From the NCBI GenBank assembly GCA_951406725.2, contig OX597829.1, positions 52,576,001 through 52,640,000 on the forward strand: a stretch of 64,000 nucleotides of DNA, read 5' to 3'. The notes beneath the pieces were generated by a model. The model was not told the origin of the DNA and made no database searches. It saw only the letters and a program-made list of their open reading frames with translations. This DNA is from Octopus vulgaris. Lineage: Eukaryota. Positions 26,386 through 38,865 of this stretch are shown here, piece after piece. The first letter of the stretch is position 1. The number at the start of each line of letters is the position of its first letter. The position numbers and the translations under genes were made by a program.

Positions 26386-27102
26386 CCATGTGGTCAAACA
26401 GCATGTGGGTACTCCCAAAAGTGTTGGTGTACAAGTTTGAATCAAACTGTAATTTTTACAGGTAAAAAGTAACAATTGTCAATTACAACATTTGTGAAAA
26501 TGAAATATATTGTACATGTATTGCTATTTTTCCTTTTTCTTTTTATTTTGCTTGTATCAGTCATTTGACTGCGACCATACTGGGACACTTAACTTGAAGG
26601 CATTTTAGTTAAAATGATGACACCTCCCACCTCCCCAATATTTTTATTAAAGCTTGTTATTTAGTCCGTCAGTCTCTTTTGCTGAGCTGCTAAGTAGTGA
26701 GTTTATAAACAAGCTAACATTGGCTGTCAAGTGATGCAGGACATGTACACATATATGTATTCATACATATATGTATATACGATGGGCTTTCACCCAGTTT
26801 CAGTTAATCAAATTCACTCAAAAGGTATTGCTCAGCCTGAGGCTACAGTTGAAGACTCTTGTCCAAGCTGCTGTGCAATGAAGCTGAACCCGAAACCATG
26901 TGGTTGTAAAGTGAACTTCTTAATTACACAGCCGTACTTGTGCCTATGTGTATGTCCATGGAATAACATATGAACCAACATATATAATGTGAACAGAAAT
27001 GTGGTTGCCATAAAAGGAAATCAACATACACGGTCTGTAAGCTGGTGGAATTGAGACACAGCTTATTGATGTCCCATTCAACTAAAACATGTATTGTATT
27101 AA

Positions 27103-27445
27103 CCCTTTAGCATTTAAACTGGCCGTATCCAGCCAAAATATCCTACAAGTTTAATATTCAAACTGGCCAGATCTGACATCTCACACCTAGAATATCAATT
27201 TTGAACATAAACAATCACATCATTGAAATCTCGAGGCTATAAATAATGCAGGATAAATTCAAAACGATGTGAAGAAATACAGGGCTTGGAGACCTCTCTC
27301 TACCCTGGAGTTGCCAGAAGGGAGTCAAAGAGGACACCAAACTGAGGAACTCCATTCCTTGATTTGCTGTTGATCTTGACTCCCCAGGCCTTTTCCTTTC
27401 TCAAGGTACTCAGAAGGCTGACTGAGTAATGTGAACACTAAAGAG
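27103..27445. mobile_element. piggyBac-type MITE family P2 carrying a 142-bp captured insert
   Basis: TTAA|CCCTTTAGCATT ... CACTAAAGAG|TTAA. Segment 27278-27419 is a copy of 26063-26204. Confidence 0.75.
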
Positions 27446-27670
27446 TTAAGATTAGTTCAACAAGAGTAACAACAACTGGTTCTGCTCTGGCTGATTTTCA
27501 TACGAAATGTGATGTAGAGTAGCTTTCAGTTCTGTTGTTGTTGTTGTTGTTGTAGGCTGGATAACTAGCAGAGAAATACTGGTATCCTATTGGTCCAGTA
27601 AGCAGTGTTAACTGGTGATGAATTCAACTGCACTTGGCTGCATAAAGGTTGTTAAAAGGATTATAAGAAA

Positions 27671-28060
27671 CTAGCAGTATCATCTGGCGTTGTTCAGGTT
27701 TGTTTCGACCCTTTAGAATTGGAATTTTTGAAAAGTAAAAATTTTGCATTATGTAGCTTGTTATTCTCTTTAAGTGAACATTTTTCTGGTTGAAATACAC
27801 TGAAAAATGGTGACACAGCAGTCAAAAAATCGTAAAAAATAAGGATTTTCATAGAAAAAAAGCACCTTTTTGATGTAAATAATTTTTGGTGTTAACATGG
27901 TCTGATTTAAATTTTTTCTTCTACGGAAGGAAGAGCAAGCCTTCTGTTATCATACTTTCAATTTTGGTCAACTTGCGCTGCAGGGTCTCCAAGGAGATAG
28001 TGTTAGTTGAAGGCTACCAAACCTGGCATATACAGACAACTTCAGCTTTATATATATAGA
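27671..28060 (-). mobile_element. Non-autonomous Helitron
   Basis: Minus strand A|TCTATATATATAAAGC ... AACAACGCCAGATGATACTGCTAG|T; termini of the same type as 8665-8957. Confidence 0.8.
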
Positions 28061-28597
28061 TATAATTCAGTGGATTATAAAGAAATGAATAAAGCTAGTT
28101 GTCTTATGAAAAATTGTCATCTTAGGAAGAAGAATTTGTAGCATACTAGTGCTGCTGCATTCTAGGGTTAACCAACCATTTTCATTTTCAATTGGAATTT
28201 GACCTAAAGGGGGAAAATATAATTATTCCAAATTCTTGCATCATGTATGTAAACTTCATTGTAGTTAGCTTCAAACATCACCTCAAGTTATATATATGAA
28301 AAAATATAACTTGGTAAACACTTATTTCCTTTTCTTCTGCTTATTCACTTTTATGAGTAAATTATTCTTAGTATGTAGTCCCTCCCTCTTTTTCCTCGCC
28401 CACCCTTAAAAAAAAAAAAAAGAAAGAAACAGCATCAAAGAAAATGAAAGCAATTTTCTTGAAGAAATATGCTGAAGTACTAGTTTCAAACTAAATAACT
28501 AAGAATATAGAAAAGTGTTCAACTCACACCCTTAACTATCTCGCACATAATGTGACTGTACAGTGGAAGGGATTACTTCAAAAGTAAGTATGTATGT

Positions 28598-29002
28598 ATT
28601 CTTTTATTTGTTTTAGTCATTTGACTGTGGCCTTGCTGGAGCACCGTCTTTTGAGTCGAACAAATTGACCTCAGGACCCATTCTTTGTAAGCCTAGTATT
28701 TATTCTATTGGTCACTTTTGCTGAACTGCTAAGTTACGGGGATGTCAACACACCAACATCGGTTGTCAAGCGATGGTGGGGAGACAAACACAGACAGTCA
28801 AACATATACATGCATATACACACATACATATATATACATATATATGACAGGCTTCTTTCAGTTTCCGTCTACCAAATCCACTCACAAGGCTTTGATTGGC
28901 CTCAGGCTATAGTAGAAGAACCGTACCCAAGGCGCCATGCAGTGGGACTGAACTCAGAACCATGTGGTTGGTAAGCAAGCTACTTACCACACAGCCACTC
29001 CT
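28598..29002 (-). mobile_element. SINE family A, full-length copy
   Basis: Reverse complement of family A. Further diverged copies at 11480-11765, 26545-26945, 30805-31135, 32390-32840, 34065-34345, 43485-43930, 52965-53345, 62545-62690 (-) and 29686-30180, 39300-39755 (+). Confidence 0.85.
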
Positions 29003-31542
29003 ATACCTTTATTTATTTATTTATTTTATTCATGTGTGTCCATGTTTGTATTTTAAATAAGGTCAAGTAGTTTTAATAATTTTTTCCGGACATCTTTTTA
29101 AACTGGGAACCAGTTTTCAAATTCCATGACAGATATATTTCTATGTGTTAATTTTCCCTTCATTTAAAAGCTTGCTCAAAGTTATATATACATACATATA
29201 TATATATATATAAAGTGTTAATGGTGATGGGTCATTGTGGTGAATAAAGAGTTGGATGCTGGTCAGAAATGTGCCATTCAACAAGATTACTCTTTAGTAA
29301 CATCAGAGTATGAACTAGCAGACACAAGACAACCTAGAAATTGATGGTATGGGAACTAAGAGCTCTTCTTGACAAGATGTACTTTCAAAGAAGTACTCGG
29401 TGACATGTATGATGTAATGAGGAAAAAGAAAAAAAAAAAAATTTAAATTAAAATCCAATCCAAAATTGTGTGTTAATGATAATCTTTGCTGAATGAAAGG
29501 GAGATATTTCTGAAAAATAAATTAATTAAAAATTAAATAGGTGCATAAAGTGACAAACGAGTGTGATCTTTACCAAGTACTGTCACAATACTATTGCGAC
29601 ATGTTTTGGTTCTATTAGATCTTCTTTGTGAAGTATGATCTTATTAGTAATTTTAATCTGCCATTGATACAAACCCTATTTATATGGGCACAAGCATGCA
29701 TGGCTGTGTGGATAAGAAGCTTGCTTTGCTACCATGTGGTTTCAGGTTCAATCCCACTGCATGACATCTTGGGCAAGTATCTTCCACACTGGTTTGCTCT
29801 GGGCCAACCAGTGCCGCTGGTAGATGGAAACTGTGGAAGTTCATAAGGTATACACACACACACACACACACAGAGGTTTTTGGAACAGGCTCTTGAAATA
29901 TATATAAAGCTATAAATAATAGCATATAAATATCGGTTGAAAAACTCGTGTGTGTGTGTTTATCTGTGTTATGTGTGTGAGTCCTCATCAACAGTGGTTG
30001 TTGATTTATTGTAATCTAGCATTTCAACAAAAAAATGACTGATAGAATCAGTACGAGACTTCAAAAAAAAAAAAACTATAAAAAAGGTCTAAGTACTGGG
30101 GTGAATCTATTTGACTACAGCCCTTGAAAGCAGTGCTCCAGCATGGCAACAGTCCAGTGACTGTAACAAGTAAAAGATAACTAATACTGTTTGCAATTCA
30201 TTCTTTAATTTGTGGTACAGATATGTTCATTTACTTCTCTTTATTTTCACCTCTCTATTTATTATCTTCCCATATTTTTGTTGTATATATATCTATTTTG
30301 TATTTTTGTATTTATATTTGTGTGTTTATATAATGTTTTAAACATCTCTTTTTTGTGTTGTAAGATGTTAAGGGCTGCAGATTGTTGTATTTAAAACAGA
30401 AACATATTTGACTTTCCAACAACAGATGGAATAAATTTTGTCAGCCATTTGTAGCAGTAAATCAACTTTTAAAAGATTTCTGTTGCTTTTAAGGTTTATA
30501 CAGTAAAAATATATTTGTGTGTGTGTGTGTGTGTGTGTGGTGGTAGTGGGTGGGGGGGAGAGACAATAATACTGATTCATTATAAATTGCTTTTTTTCTT
30601 TTCTTTTATTCTCTTTTTTTTTTTTCTTACACTTTTAATTAAGCAACAGCAGATTTCATAAATCTGTCTCTGCCAATGTCTTCCTGCCTGCCTGTCTGTC
30701 TGTTTTTTTTTCCACTCCTTCCCCCTCTCTCTTCCTCCTCCTTTCCTTCTTTCTCTTCTTCCTCCCTTCCCTCTTCTCTCTCACACTTCAAACATCTCTT
30801 ACCTTTTATCTTCTACTTGCTTCAGTCATTTGACTGTGGCCAAGCTGGAGCACAGCCCTAAAGGGTTTAGTCAGACAAATCAATCCCAGTATTTTTAAGC
30901 CTGGTATTTATTCTATCGGTCTTTTTTGTTGAACTACTAAGTTCTGGGGGTCATAAATATACCAACACTAATAGTCAAGCAGTAGTGGGGAACAAATGCA
31001 ACACATACACACATGACAGGCTTCTTTCAGTTTCCAGCCACTAAATCCACTCACAAGACTCTGGTTAGCACCATTCAGTGAGACTGAACCCAAGACCACT
31101 TGGTTGGGAAATAAGCATCTTAACAACACACTCACACTTACACCATGTGTGTAAATTCCATATTGTAACAATATGAACTTAACAGAAAGTTACGGACAAA
31201 TCTATAATCGTTAGACCTGGGGATTTTGGTGGGGTGAGGTGGTGAGGGTAGAAATAATGCTCTTCTGTTTAGGAAATACAGAGTAAGTTTTTTTTTTTTT
31301 TTCTTTTCCGCTATATATTCCTGTGAGAAATTACCCATGACATTGGATCTGATAAGTTCATATAAATGTAATAAGAAATTAATATTTAATACTATTTCAT
31401 ATGTTATTTTATTTTTTGGCATACAAACACAAGTGTGTGTATGTATGACGTATAAATGTGTGTGCATGCACATGCAAGCACACACACACATTCATGCACA
31501 CACACATATACATATATATATCTATATCTATATATATATATA

Positions 31543-31769
31543 TATTTCTTTATTGCCCACAAGGGGCTAAACATAGAGGGGACAAACAAGGACAGAAAAA
31601 GGGATTAAGTAGATTATATCGACCCCAGTGCGTAACTGGTGCTTTATTTATTGACCCCGAAAAGAAGAAAGGCAAAGTCGACCTCTGCGGAATTGAACTC
31701 AGAACGTAGCGACAGACAAAATACTGCTAAGCACTTCACCCGGCGTGCTAACGTTTCTGCCAGCTCGCC
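31543..31769 (-). mobile_element. SINE family B, young copy within (TA)n
   Basis: tatttctttattgcccacaagggg...cgaccccagtgcgtaactgg...ggcaaagtcgacctc...ctgccagctcgcc. Confidence 0.85.
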
Positions 31770-32288
31770 TTATATATATATATATATAATATAGTCACAT
31801 GCACAACTATGTATGTGTGTGTGTGTGTATATATATAAACATATGTTTCTATGTACTTGTGTGTATGTATAGATATGTGCTTGTGGGTGGAAATATATGT
31901 TTGTGTATAACATGTTTACCTTTTAATCTTTAGTTTTCCAGATTTTCTTTCTCATCTTCCTTTTTTTTTTTAATCAATTTATGCTATAAAAAAAGGTACC
32001 TCCTTGAAGAGAGAAAAAAAACCCATCCCAAAATCAACAACCCACCCTGATGTTAACAAAGAGGTGTGTTTGGTCTTACTTTTGTTCACTCAACCTTGCT
32101 TTTATGTGTTCCATCTGGCAAGGATTCCTCTCTTTACTGTTGATCTTTAATCTACAGGCTAGAGATGCTTAATGGTTTAAAATGTGTAAATCTGCGATTC
32201 CCATAAGAATAGTCTAGTAAGATCAAGGGGCCATCTTGTGATTTCCCATGTAATTTTTAACTTTACATTGTTTTGAATCTTCATATGA

Positions 32289-32328
<40 letters not shown>

Positions 32329-33509
32329 GATACACATGGTCGTATCTCAACTTGGATTGTTTTGAGGTACGTCTTCTCAACTTTGTATTACACTTGTTTT
32401 AGTCGTTAGACTGTGGCCATGCTGGGGTACCACCTTGAAGAATTTTAGTCAAGCGAATTTATTCTAATACTTGATTTTTTTTTCTTCTTAAGCCTAGTAT
32501 TTATTCTATCAGTCTCTTTTGCCGAACCACTAAGTTAGATGGAAATAATACACCCAACATTGGTTGTCAAGCAGTGGTGATGGACAAACACAAACAACAA
32601 AGAAGCATGTGTACATTCACACATACACACACATGCACACACATACACATACATTCACACACTCACACACAAACATGATGAGCTTCTTTCAGCTTCCTTC
32701 TACTAAATCTGCTCAAAAGGCTTTGGTTGCCCCAAGGCTATATAGTAAGAGACACCTACCCAAGGTGCCATGCAGTGAGACCGAACCCAAAACCTTGTGG
32801 TTGGGAAGCAAACTCCTTACCACACAGCCATGCCTGCTCCTATTTATGGAAAAAATAAACCTCAGCATCACTCAATTTATCTAACTTCACAGTAATCTCG
32901 GCAAACATATTTAAAAGTATAAAAATTGAAGAAAGAAAAAAATAAAACACCTAAAAATTAATACTGAAGTGGAAAATCAAATGAAATTACATTAAAACAG
33001 ATATAAACTAATAAAGTTTTAAATGACTTTTTGAGTCAATGTTAGGTTTTCTTTTTAGTTGCATGATCTTAGTTAAGGTATATATATATATATAGGTAAC
33101 ATATAGTATAATTATAAACAGGGCAAATTTTAGCCATTTCTCCAAAGACTGAATAAAATGAGGAAAAACCGTAATTGATTTTTGAATCTAATTATGTTCT
33201 CATCAGAGGCATCTACACCATTCTGACAGTCTCCAGAGAAACTAGCAGTCAAATTGTTTATATCCTCAACAAATGCAGCACTTACTCTATGAAGGAGTTC
33301 CTAATTTGCATACCGAAAGGGTTTAACACTTTAAATAACAGCTGCCTGTCAACGAGGATCTTAGTCCACACAGTATCAAGGCATGATATAATAAATATCA
33401 TCATCATTGTTTAACGTCCGTTTTCCATGCTAGCATGGGTTGCACGGTTCAACTGGGGTCTGGGAAGCCAGAAGGCTGCGCCAGGCCCAGTCTGATCTGG
33501 CAGTGTTTC

Positions 33510-33825
33510 GGGGGGTGCGCATGGCTTAGTGGTTATGGGTATTCTGCTCATGATTGTAAGGCCGTGAGTTTGATTCCCCACGGCACATTGTGTCCTTAAG
33601 CAAGACACTTTATTTCACGCTGCTTCAGTTCACTCAGCTGGCAAAAATGAGCTGTACTTTTACTTCAAAGAATTGTCACATTCTGTGTCATACTGAATCA
33701 CCCTGAGATCTGCTTTAAGAGTATGCTTGTCTGTGGAGTACTCAGCCACTTGCACGTTAATTTCACGAGCAGGCTGTTCCATTGATCAGTTAGAACCCTC
33801 ATCGTCATAACCGACAAAGTGCCAG
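33510..33825 (+). mobile_element. tRNA-derived SINE with a family C-like head and a different tail
   Basis: ggtgcgcatggcttagtggtta...gagtttgattccc...ttgtgtccttaagcaagacactttatttcac, then ctcagccacttgcacgttaatttcacgagcagg. Confidence 0.65.
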
Positions 33826-34930
33826 GGTGGGCATGTGTGCAAGTGGATGCATGAAAGGGCCAATAAATATTGCATTCAAAACTAAAATGATGCAGGGGAA
33901 AAATTTTGTACCAAGATTTAACACTAAATTAGGGGTGAGGCTTATACATGTATGCATACATGATTGTGACCTATACACAAGTAGATACAGTGTGTATATG
34001 CGTGCGTATATATTAATCTTATTAACTCATCTTTCAGAGAAATCATTCATCTTTCACTTGTTTTTTGAACCTGGCACTTATTTTATTGGTCTTTTATGCA
34101 GAATCACTAAGTTATGGGGATGTAAACAGACCAACACCGGTTGTCAAGCAGTAGGGAAGTTGAGCATTTGCACATGCACACACACTCTCTCTCTCTCTCT
34201 CTCTCTCTCTCAAGAGGCTTCTTTCAGTTTCCATCTACCAAATTCACTCACAAAGCTTTGGTCGGCCCAAGGCTATAGTAGAAGACACTTGCCCAAGGTG
34301 CCATGATGTGAGACTGAATTGGAACCGTGTAGTTGGGAAGCAACCACGTGGCTGAGTTTTGGTTTTGATATTTCTTATGAAATAGAGGAAAAGAACTCTC
34401 AAAGAACCCAATGTTATTGTACTTGACGGATGGATAAACAACATACACAAAGACTTACATTATTATTTCGCATTTTTGCTCTTTTCTTTTTTTTAATCAT
34501 CTTTTGTGTTAATAAATAAGTTAATTAGTATTTGAAGTTATAGAACAAAGAATATTGTTGTTTTTTTTTTTCTTCCCCTCTCTGCTTCCTGATTTTGTTA
34601 GTTAAGGAGAAAAACAGAAGTTATTTCTACTTGCAGAAATATCTCAACTGAATGAGCAAAGAATATCTAGAGTAATTCATCCTTTGTTACCATGTTTTTA
34701 TTTCAATTAATTTGGAAAAAATTTTTTAAATAACCACGTCATAATTAATCTGATGGTTGGAACTTAAATTAACACAAAATTTTGATGAAAGATTTTAATT
34801 TAGATTTAATTTTTACAGGAAGTTTGTATCATAGAACTTGTCAATGTTTCAGACATGTTGGCATCAATAGGGTTAATATAGTGTTTTGGTTACATCTCAG
34901 ATTGTATACATCTTTAACCTACTATCTCTT

Positions 34931-35246
34931 GAAGGTGCATGGCTCAGTGGTTAGAGTGTCAGGCTCACAATCATGAGGTAGCGAGTTCAATTCCTGGACT
35001 GGGCTGTGTGTGTCGTGTTCTTCAGCAAGGCACTTTATTTCACGTCGCTCCAATTCACTCGGCTGTAGAAATGAGTTGTGACATCACTGGTGCCAAGCTG
35101 TATCAGCCTTTGCCTTCGATAACATCGGAAGCATGGAGTGGAGAGGTTTTCCATAAACAACCTTACCTGGACTTGTGTGCCTTGAGGGTAATTTTCCAGG
35201 TGCAGTCCCATGGTCAGTCAAGACTGAAGGGGTTCTTTACCCTTTA
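34931..35246 (+). mobile_element. SINE family C
   Basis: gaaggtgcatggctcagtggttagag...gagttcaattcc...ggtgcagtcccatggtcagtc; matches 2330-2653 and 59584-59916. Confidence 0.8.
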
Positions 35247-35350
35247 TCACCTCTTAAGAGACTCAAGTATAGGATATTGATATATTGATATATATCAACC
35301 ATATATCAATGGTTGATATTGAATTAAATATCAACCATTGATATTTAATT

Positions 35351-35384
<34 letters not shown>

Positions 35385-35388
<4 letters not shown>

Positions 35389-35570
35389 TAAGGACTGAGC
35401 ACGAAAAGGTGGTCAGTCAACATGCTAGATATAGACGTCAAATCGCCATTCTCCACAAAGATTTTGTTCTCAAATTTTTATTTGAGAACAAAATCTTTGT
35501 GGAGAATGGCGATTTGACGTCTATATCTAGCATGTTGACTGACCACCTTTTCGTGCTCAGTCCTTAATTG
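35385..35570. repeat. Perfect inverted repeat: 91-bp arms, 4-nt loop
   Basis: 35385-35475 is the exact reverse complement of 35480-35570 (checked base by base); loop TTTT. Lies in a block bounded by (TA)n tracts. Confidence 0.97.
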
Positions 35571-35660
35571 GTATATATAAATATTTTAATCTTCGGATTC
35601 TTTTTAATGTGCTAGACCACTGGTTTTAATTGACTAATATCAATTTTTACCCTTAATTTT

Positions 35661-35710
<50 letters not shown>

Positions 35711-36221
35711 AATAATTCTAAGTTGTTAGGAACAGAAATGTTAGAAGGGGACAGTAGAATAGGAGAAATGGCTATTACTCTGACGTTTTTCTTAGTCTCC
35801 ATAACAATATAAAAATTCTTCTGAGTAGGTACTGCATTGGAGTTGCTGGGACAGGCATGTTGTTGGTTGAGAATTGGATATAAAGTAATTAAATTAGTGA
35901 GAGTATGTGACAAAATAATTAAGCTTTGGTATTTAAAGCAGCCATATTCAGCCCTAATATTCTACCTGTTTATTTTTTAACTGGCTAGATCCAGCTTGTC
36001 ACATCTACCCTACAATGTCATTCTAAGAATAAACGACCACATCTTTGAAATCTCAAAGCTATGAATAAATAACTATTACATCTGAGAAAATAAGCTGAAA
36101 GCTAAAGGATTAAACTAGACTCGGGCCACATAACAACAGTGATCTCTGCATAGGTACCAAGGAAAGACAGATTATTCTGTCTGAGTTATAATTTAATTAA
36201 CTTTTCTACTAAGATAATACT

Positions 36222-36575
36222 GTATCTTTCCTCATTACATGGGATTTGTATCGAATGTCATGATGTACCACAGTCCATGCTTACACCTGAAGTTCTTTAG
36301 AGATAGACCTCATTGAACTTCTGGGGTTTTCATCGATAATGTTTTGAACATGTATAAATTCCAGTGTCCTTTTAGTGTCTGAGCATTGTGAATGTTTTTT
36401 TCTCTCTCTGATACTGGTGAAACATTACCATCACATGCCTCCAATTCCAACTGAACTTTGTGTATAAATGATCTTGCAATACTTGGAAAGTTGCTAATTT
36501 GTAAATCACTGTGGTTTACTTGTATAGCAACCATGACTTCTGGTCTTTTCATTTCTTGAGTTAGCATATCTTGAA
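36222..36575 (-). mobile_element. Tc1/mariner-superfamily (probably maT/DD37D-like) transposase N-terminal relic
   Basis: ORF 36310-36567 LTQEMKRPEVMVAIQVNHSDLQISNFPSIARSFIHKVQLELEACDGNVSPVS continues after frameshifts as ...QNIIDENPRSSMRSISKELQV...HDIRYKSHVMR, a typical double-HTH region. Confidence 0.65.
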
Positions 36576-36579
36576 AGGG

Positions 36580-36830
36580 TTATCAGGGGAAAATAAAATA
36601 AAACATTAAATATGCCTCGCGCAAAATGTGACCACGTGTGTACCGTTGGCGATTTTTTTCCCTTTGTCTTCTCTTCTCTGGATCTTTCCTTCTCCTATGT
36701 TTCCGACGAAGAGCTCCGCTCGAAACGTTGAACCCTCCTACTTTTCTTCTTTCCTGAGCGTCCAATAATACTATATTTGTTCCACATCCTCGCATTGTTG
36801 TGTTTTTTTTGTGCTTTCTTGTTTGGATTA

Positions 36831-36836
<6 letters not shown>
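36580..36836 (+). mobile_element. CpG-retaining element containing the hammerhead fold and ending in (TA)n; probable Penelope-like pseudo-LTR fragment
   Basis: Distinct CpG-containing block, hammerhead motif, pyrimidine-rich tail running into (TA)n. Class inferred from the ribozyme type. Confidence 0.5.
36699..36733 (+). ncRNA. Minimal type I hammerhead ribozyme fold (Penelope-associated type) with a U4C core variant
   Basis: GUUU / CCGACGA-A / GAGC-UCC-GCUC / GAA / ACGU-U / GAAC: stem I GUUU:GAAC, 4-bp stem II, palindromic AACGUU stem III, predicted cleavage after 36729. Confidence 0.62.
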
Positions 36837-36865
<29 letters not shown>

Positions 36866-36887
36866 CAAACACACACATGCATGCACA

Positions 36888-36921
<34 letters not shown>

Positions 36922-37095
36922 CCCTTCCTTTCTCTCTCCACTTTCCTGTAGCATTTCTCTCTCCCATTCTCTCTCTTGCTCCCCCTCCTCTCTCTTAATG
37001 AATATCATTTTTTCACAATTCAAGTTGTCTGATATTGCTTAATTATTTTCATTTTCAGCCATGTTTAGTCTTTATAACTCAAATCTTAACCATAC

Positions 37096-37252
37096 TCAGG
37101 AATGGCTGTGTGGTAAGAAGCTTGCTTCCCAACAACATGGTTCTAGGTTCAGTCCCACTGCATGGCACCTTGGGCAAGTGTTTTCTACTATAACCTCAGG
37201 TTAACCACAGTCTTGTGAGTGGATTTGGTGGACAAAAACTGAAAGAAGCCTG

Positions 37253-37299
<47 letters not shown>

Positions 37300-37503
37300 G
37301 TTTGTGTGTCTGTGTTTGTCCTCCTACCATTGCTTGACAACCAATGTTGGTGTGTTTACATCTCTGTAACTTAGCATTTCAGTAAAAGAGATCAATAGAA
37401 TAAATGCTAGGCTTACAAAGAATAAATCCTGGGGTTGATTTGTTCGACTAAAGGTGGTGCTCTAGCATGGCCGGCTACAGTAAAATGTCTGAAACGAGTA
37501 AAG
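37096..37503 (+). mobile_element. SINE family A with expanded internal (TA)n
   Basis: caggaatggctgtgtggtaag ... gaaacgagtaa. Confidence 0.85.
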
Positions 37504-37687
37504 GAATTACAGAATACCAACAAAACAATGCTAGCTTGTTTCTTTCTTTACCTCTTCCTTGAATTTCTTTTCTTTTCTGAAAGACACTGGTATTCTTATT
37601 AGTAAAGGTCAATGCTATTGGATGCTTTAATAACTGTTGATTTGGATAAGTGCTAATGTTAAGGTCAGCTGACATAAAATAAATTCC

Positions 37688-37689
<2 letters not shown>

Positions 37690-37749
<60 letters not shown>
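37690..37749. repeat. (TG)n microsatellite
   Basis: About 30 units. Other long tracts: (AT)n 10649-10686, (CT)n(AT)n 38778-38861, (CA)n 46141-46245. Confidence 0.95.
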
Positions 37750-37751
<2 letters not shown>

Positions 37752-38555
37752 CTTTCCTCTTTATCAGACTAAGACATTCCAGTCTTATAAATAGATTGGC
37801 AGAGGACAGAGGTGGGAGATCAAAGTCAATCTGTTCTCTTTTGATGGTCACATTGTAAATTTGGAGAAGTGTTTATTGTGGTGAGGAATGGACATTATTT
37901 CAATGCTGAATATCATTTTAAATGTTTCAACATTTATGGAACTCAAAGTTTGGTCATGTTTCAGCCTTATTAGGATCTCTTCAGTGAAGTGTAGATGTTG
38001 CTGTGTTTACTGATGTACTGATAAGAGAATCATGTAAGATGTACATGAGTAAGCATGAAAAGTTAGAATTCTTTTATTCTGGGGTAATTAGTCAGTGACG
38101 TCATCTGCTGTGATATTTTTTTTATTATTTAAGTGTGCTAATATCTCACCAGCTCTTGTAAAGTATTACACATTTACTTAGTGATTATCTCATCCCTATT
38201 TTAGCAAGAACTGTAAAGTCTGTGATTTTGCTGAAGAATTCTAATAAAACAGAAACATGCTATGAGTTATTTCTCATATTTATTTGAAATGTATAAAATA
38301 TTATTAGTCATTGAACTAATGTTGTCTTTTCCTCACCTCGCAATCATTTCTTAATTAGTGTTTAATGTCCTCTACATTATGTTAATATTAACTTAACTAT
38401 TGTGTTTATATGGATGTATATCTATTCTGTCTCTTTTATTACAAAATATTCATTTCTCTGAATTTGCTTGCTGTACTGTGCAAGGTTCTTACCACACACA
38501 TACACATATGCACACACACTATATATGTGTGTGTGTGTATGTATATATATATATA

Positions 38556-38772
38556 GGAGATAGGGGTACATTACGCCGCAATAATATATGTATAGAAATT
38601 AAATATAAATTACAAAATGGGGCAAGAACGCAAAAGCACACAAAGAGACGGCACAAAAAAACAGACGGGTCATTCGAAGCCTCTAATCTTCAGTCGGGAA
38701 CTGGATCATCTTAGCAATTTCGGCTGATTAATCCTTGATATCGCTCCGATACGGCCAGCCCCAAAGAAAAAC

Positions 38773-38778
<6 letters not shown>
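38556..38778. mobile_element. Unclassified CpG-retaining element embedded between (TA)n and (CT)n(TA)n tracts
   Basis: Sharp compositional block with many CpGs flanked by microsatellites; no ORF. Confidence 0.45.

Positions 38779-38865
<87 letters not shown>

Noticed and set aside
38660-38730. Possible hammerhead on the minus strand (CTGAAGA...TTCGAA)
   Set aside because: GAAA and stems II/III are not satisfied (it reads GAAT).
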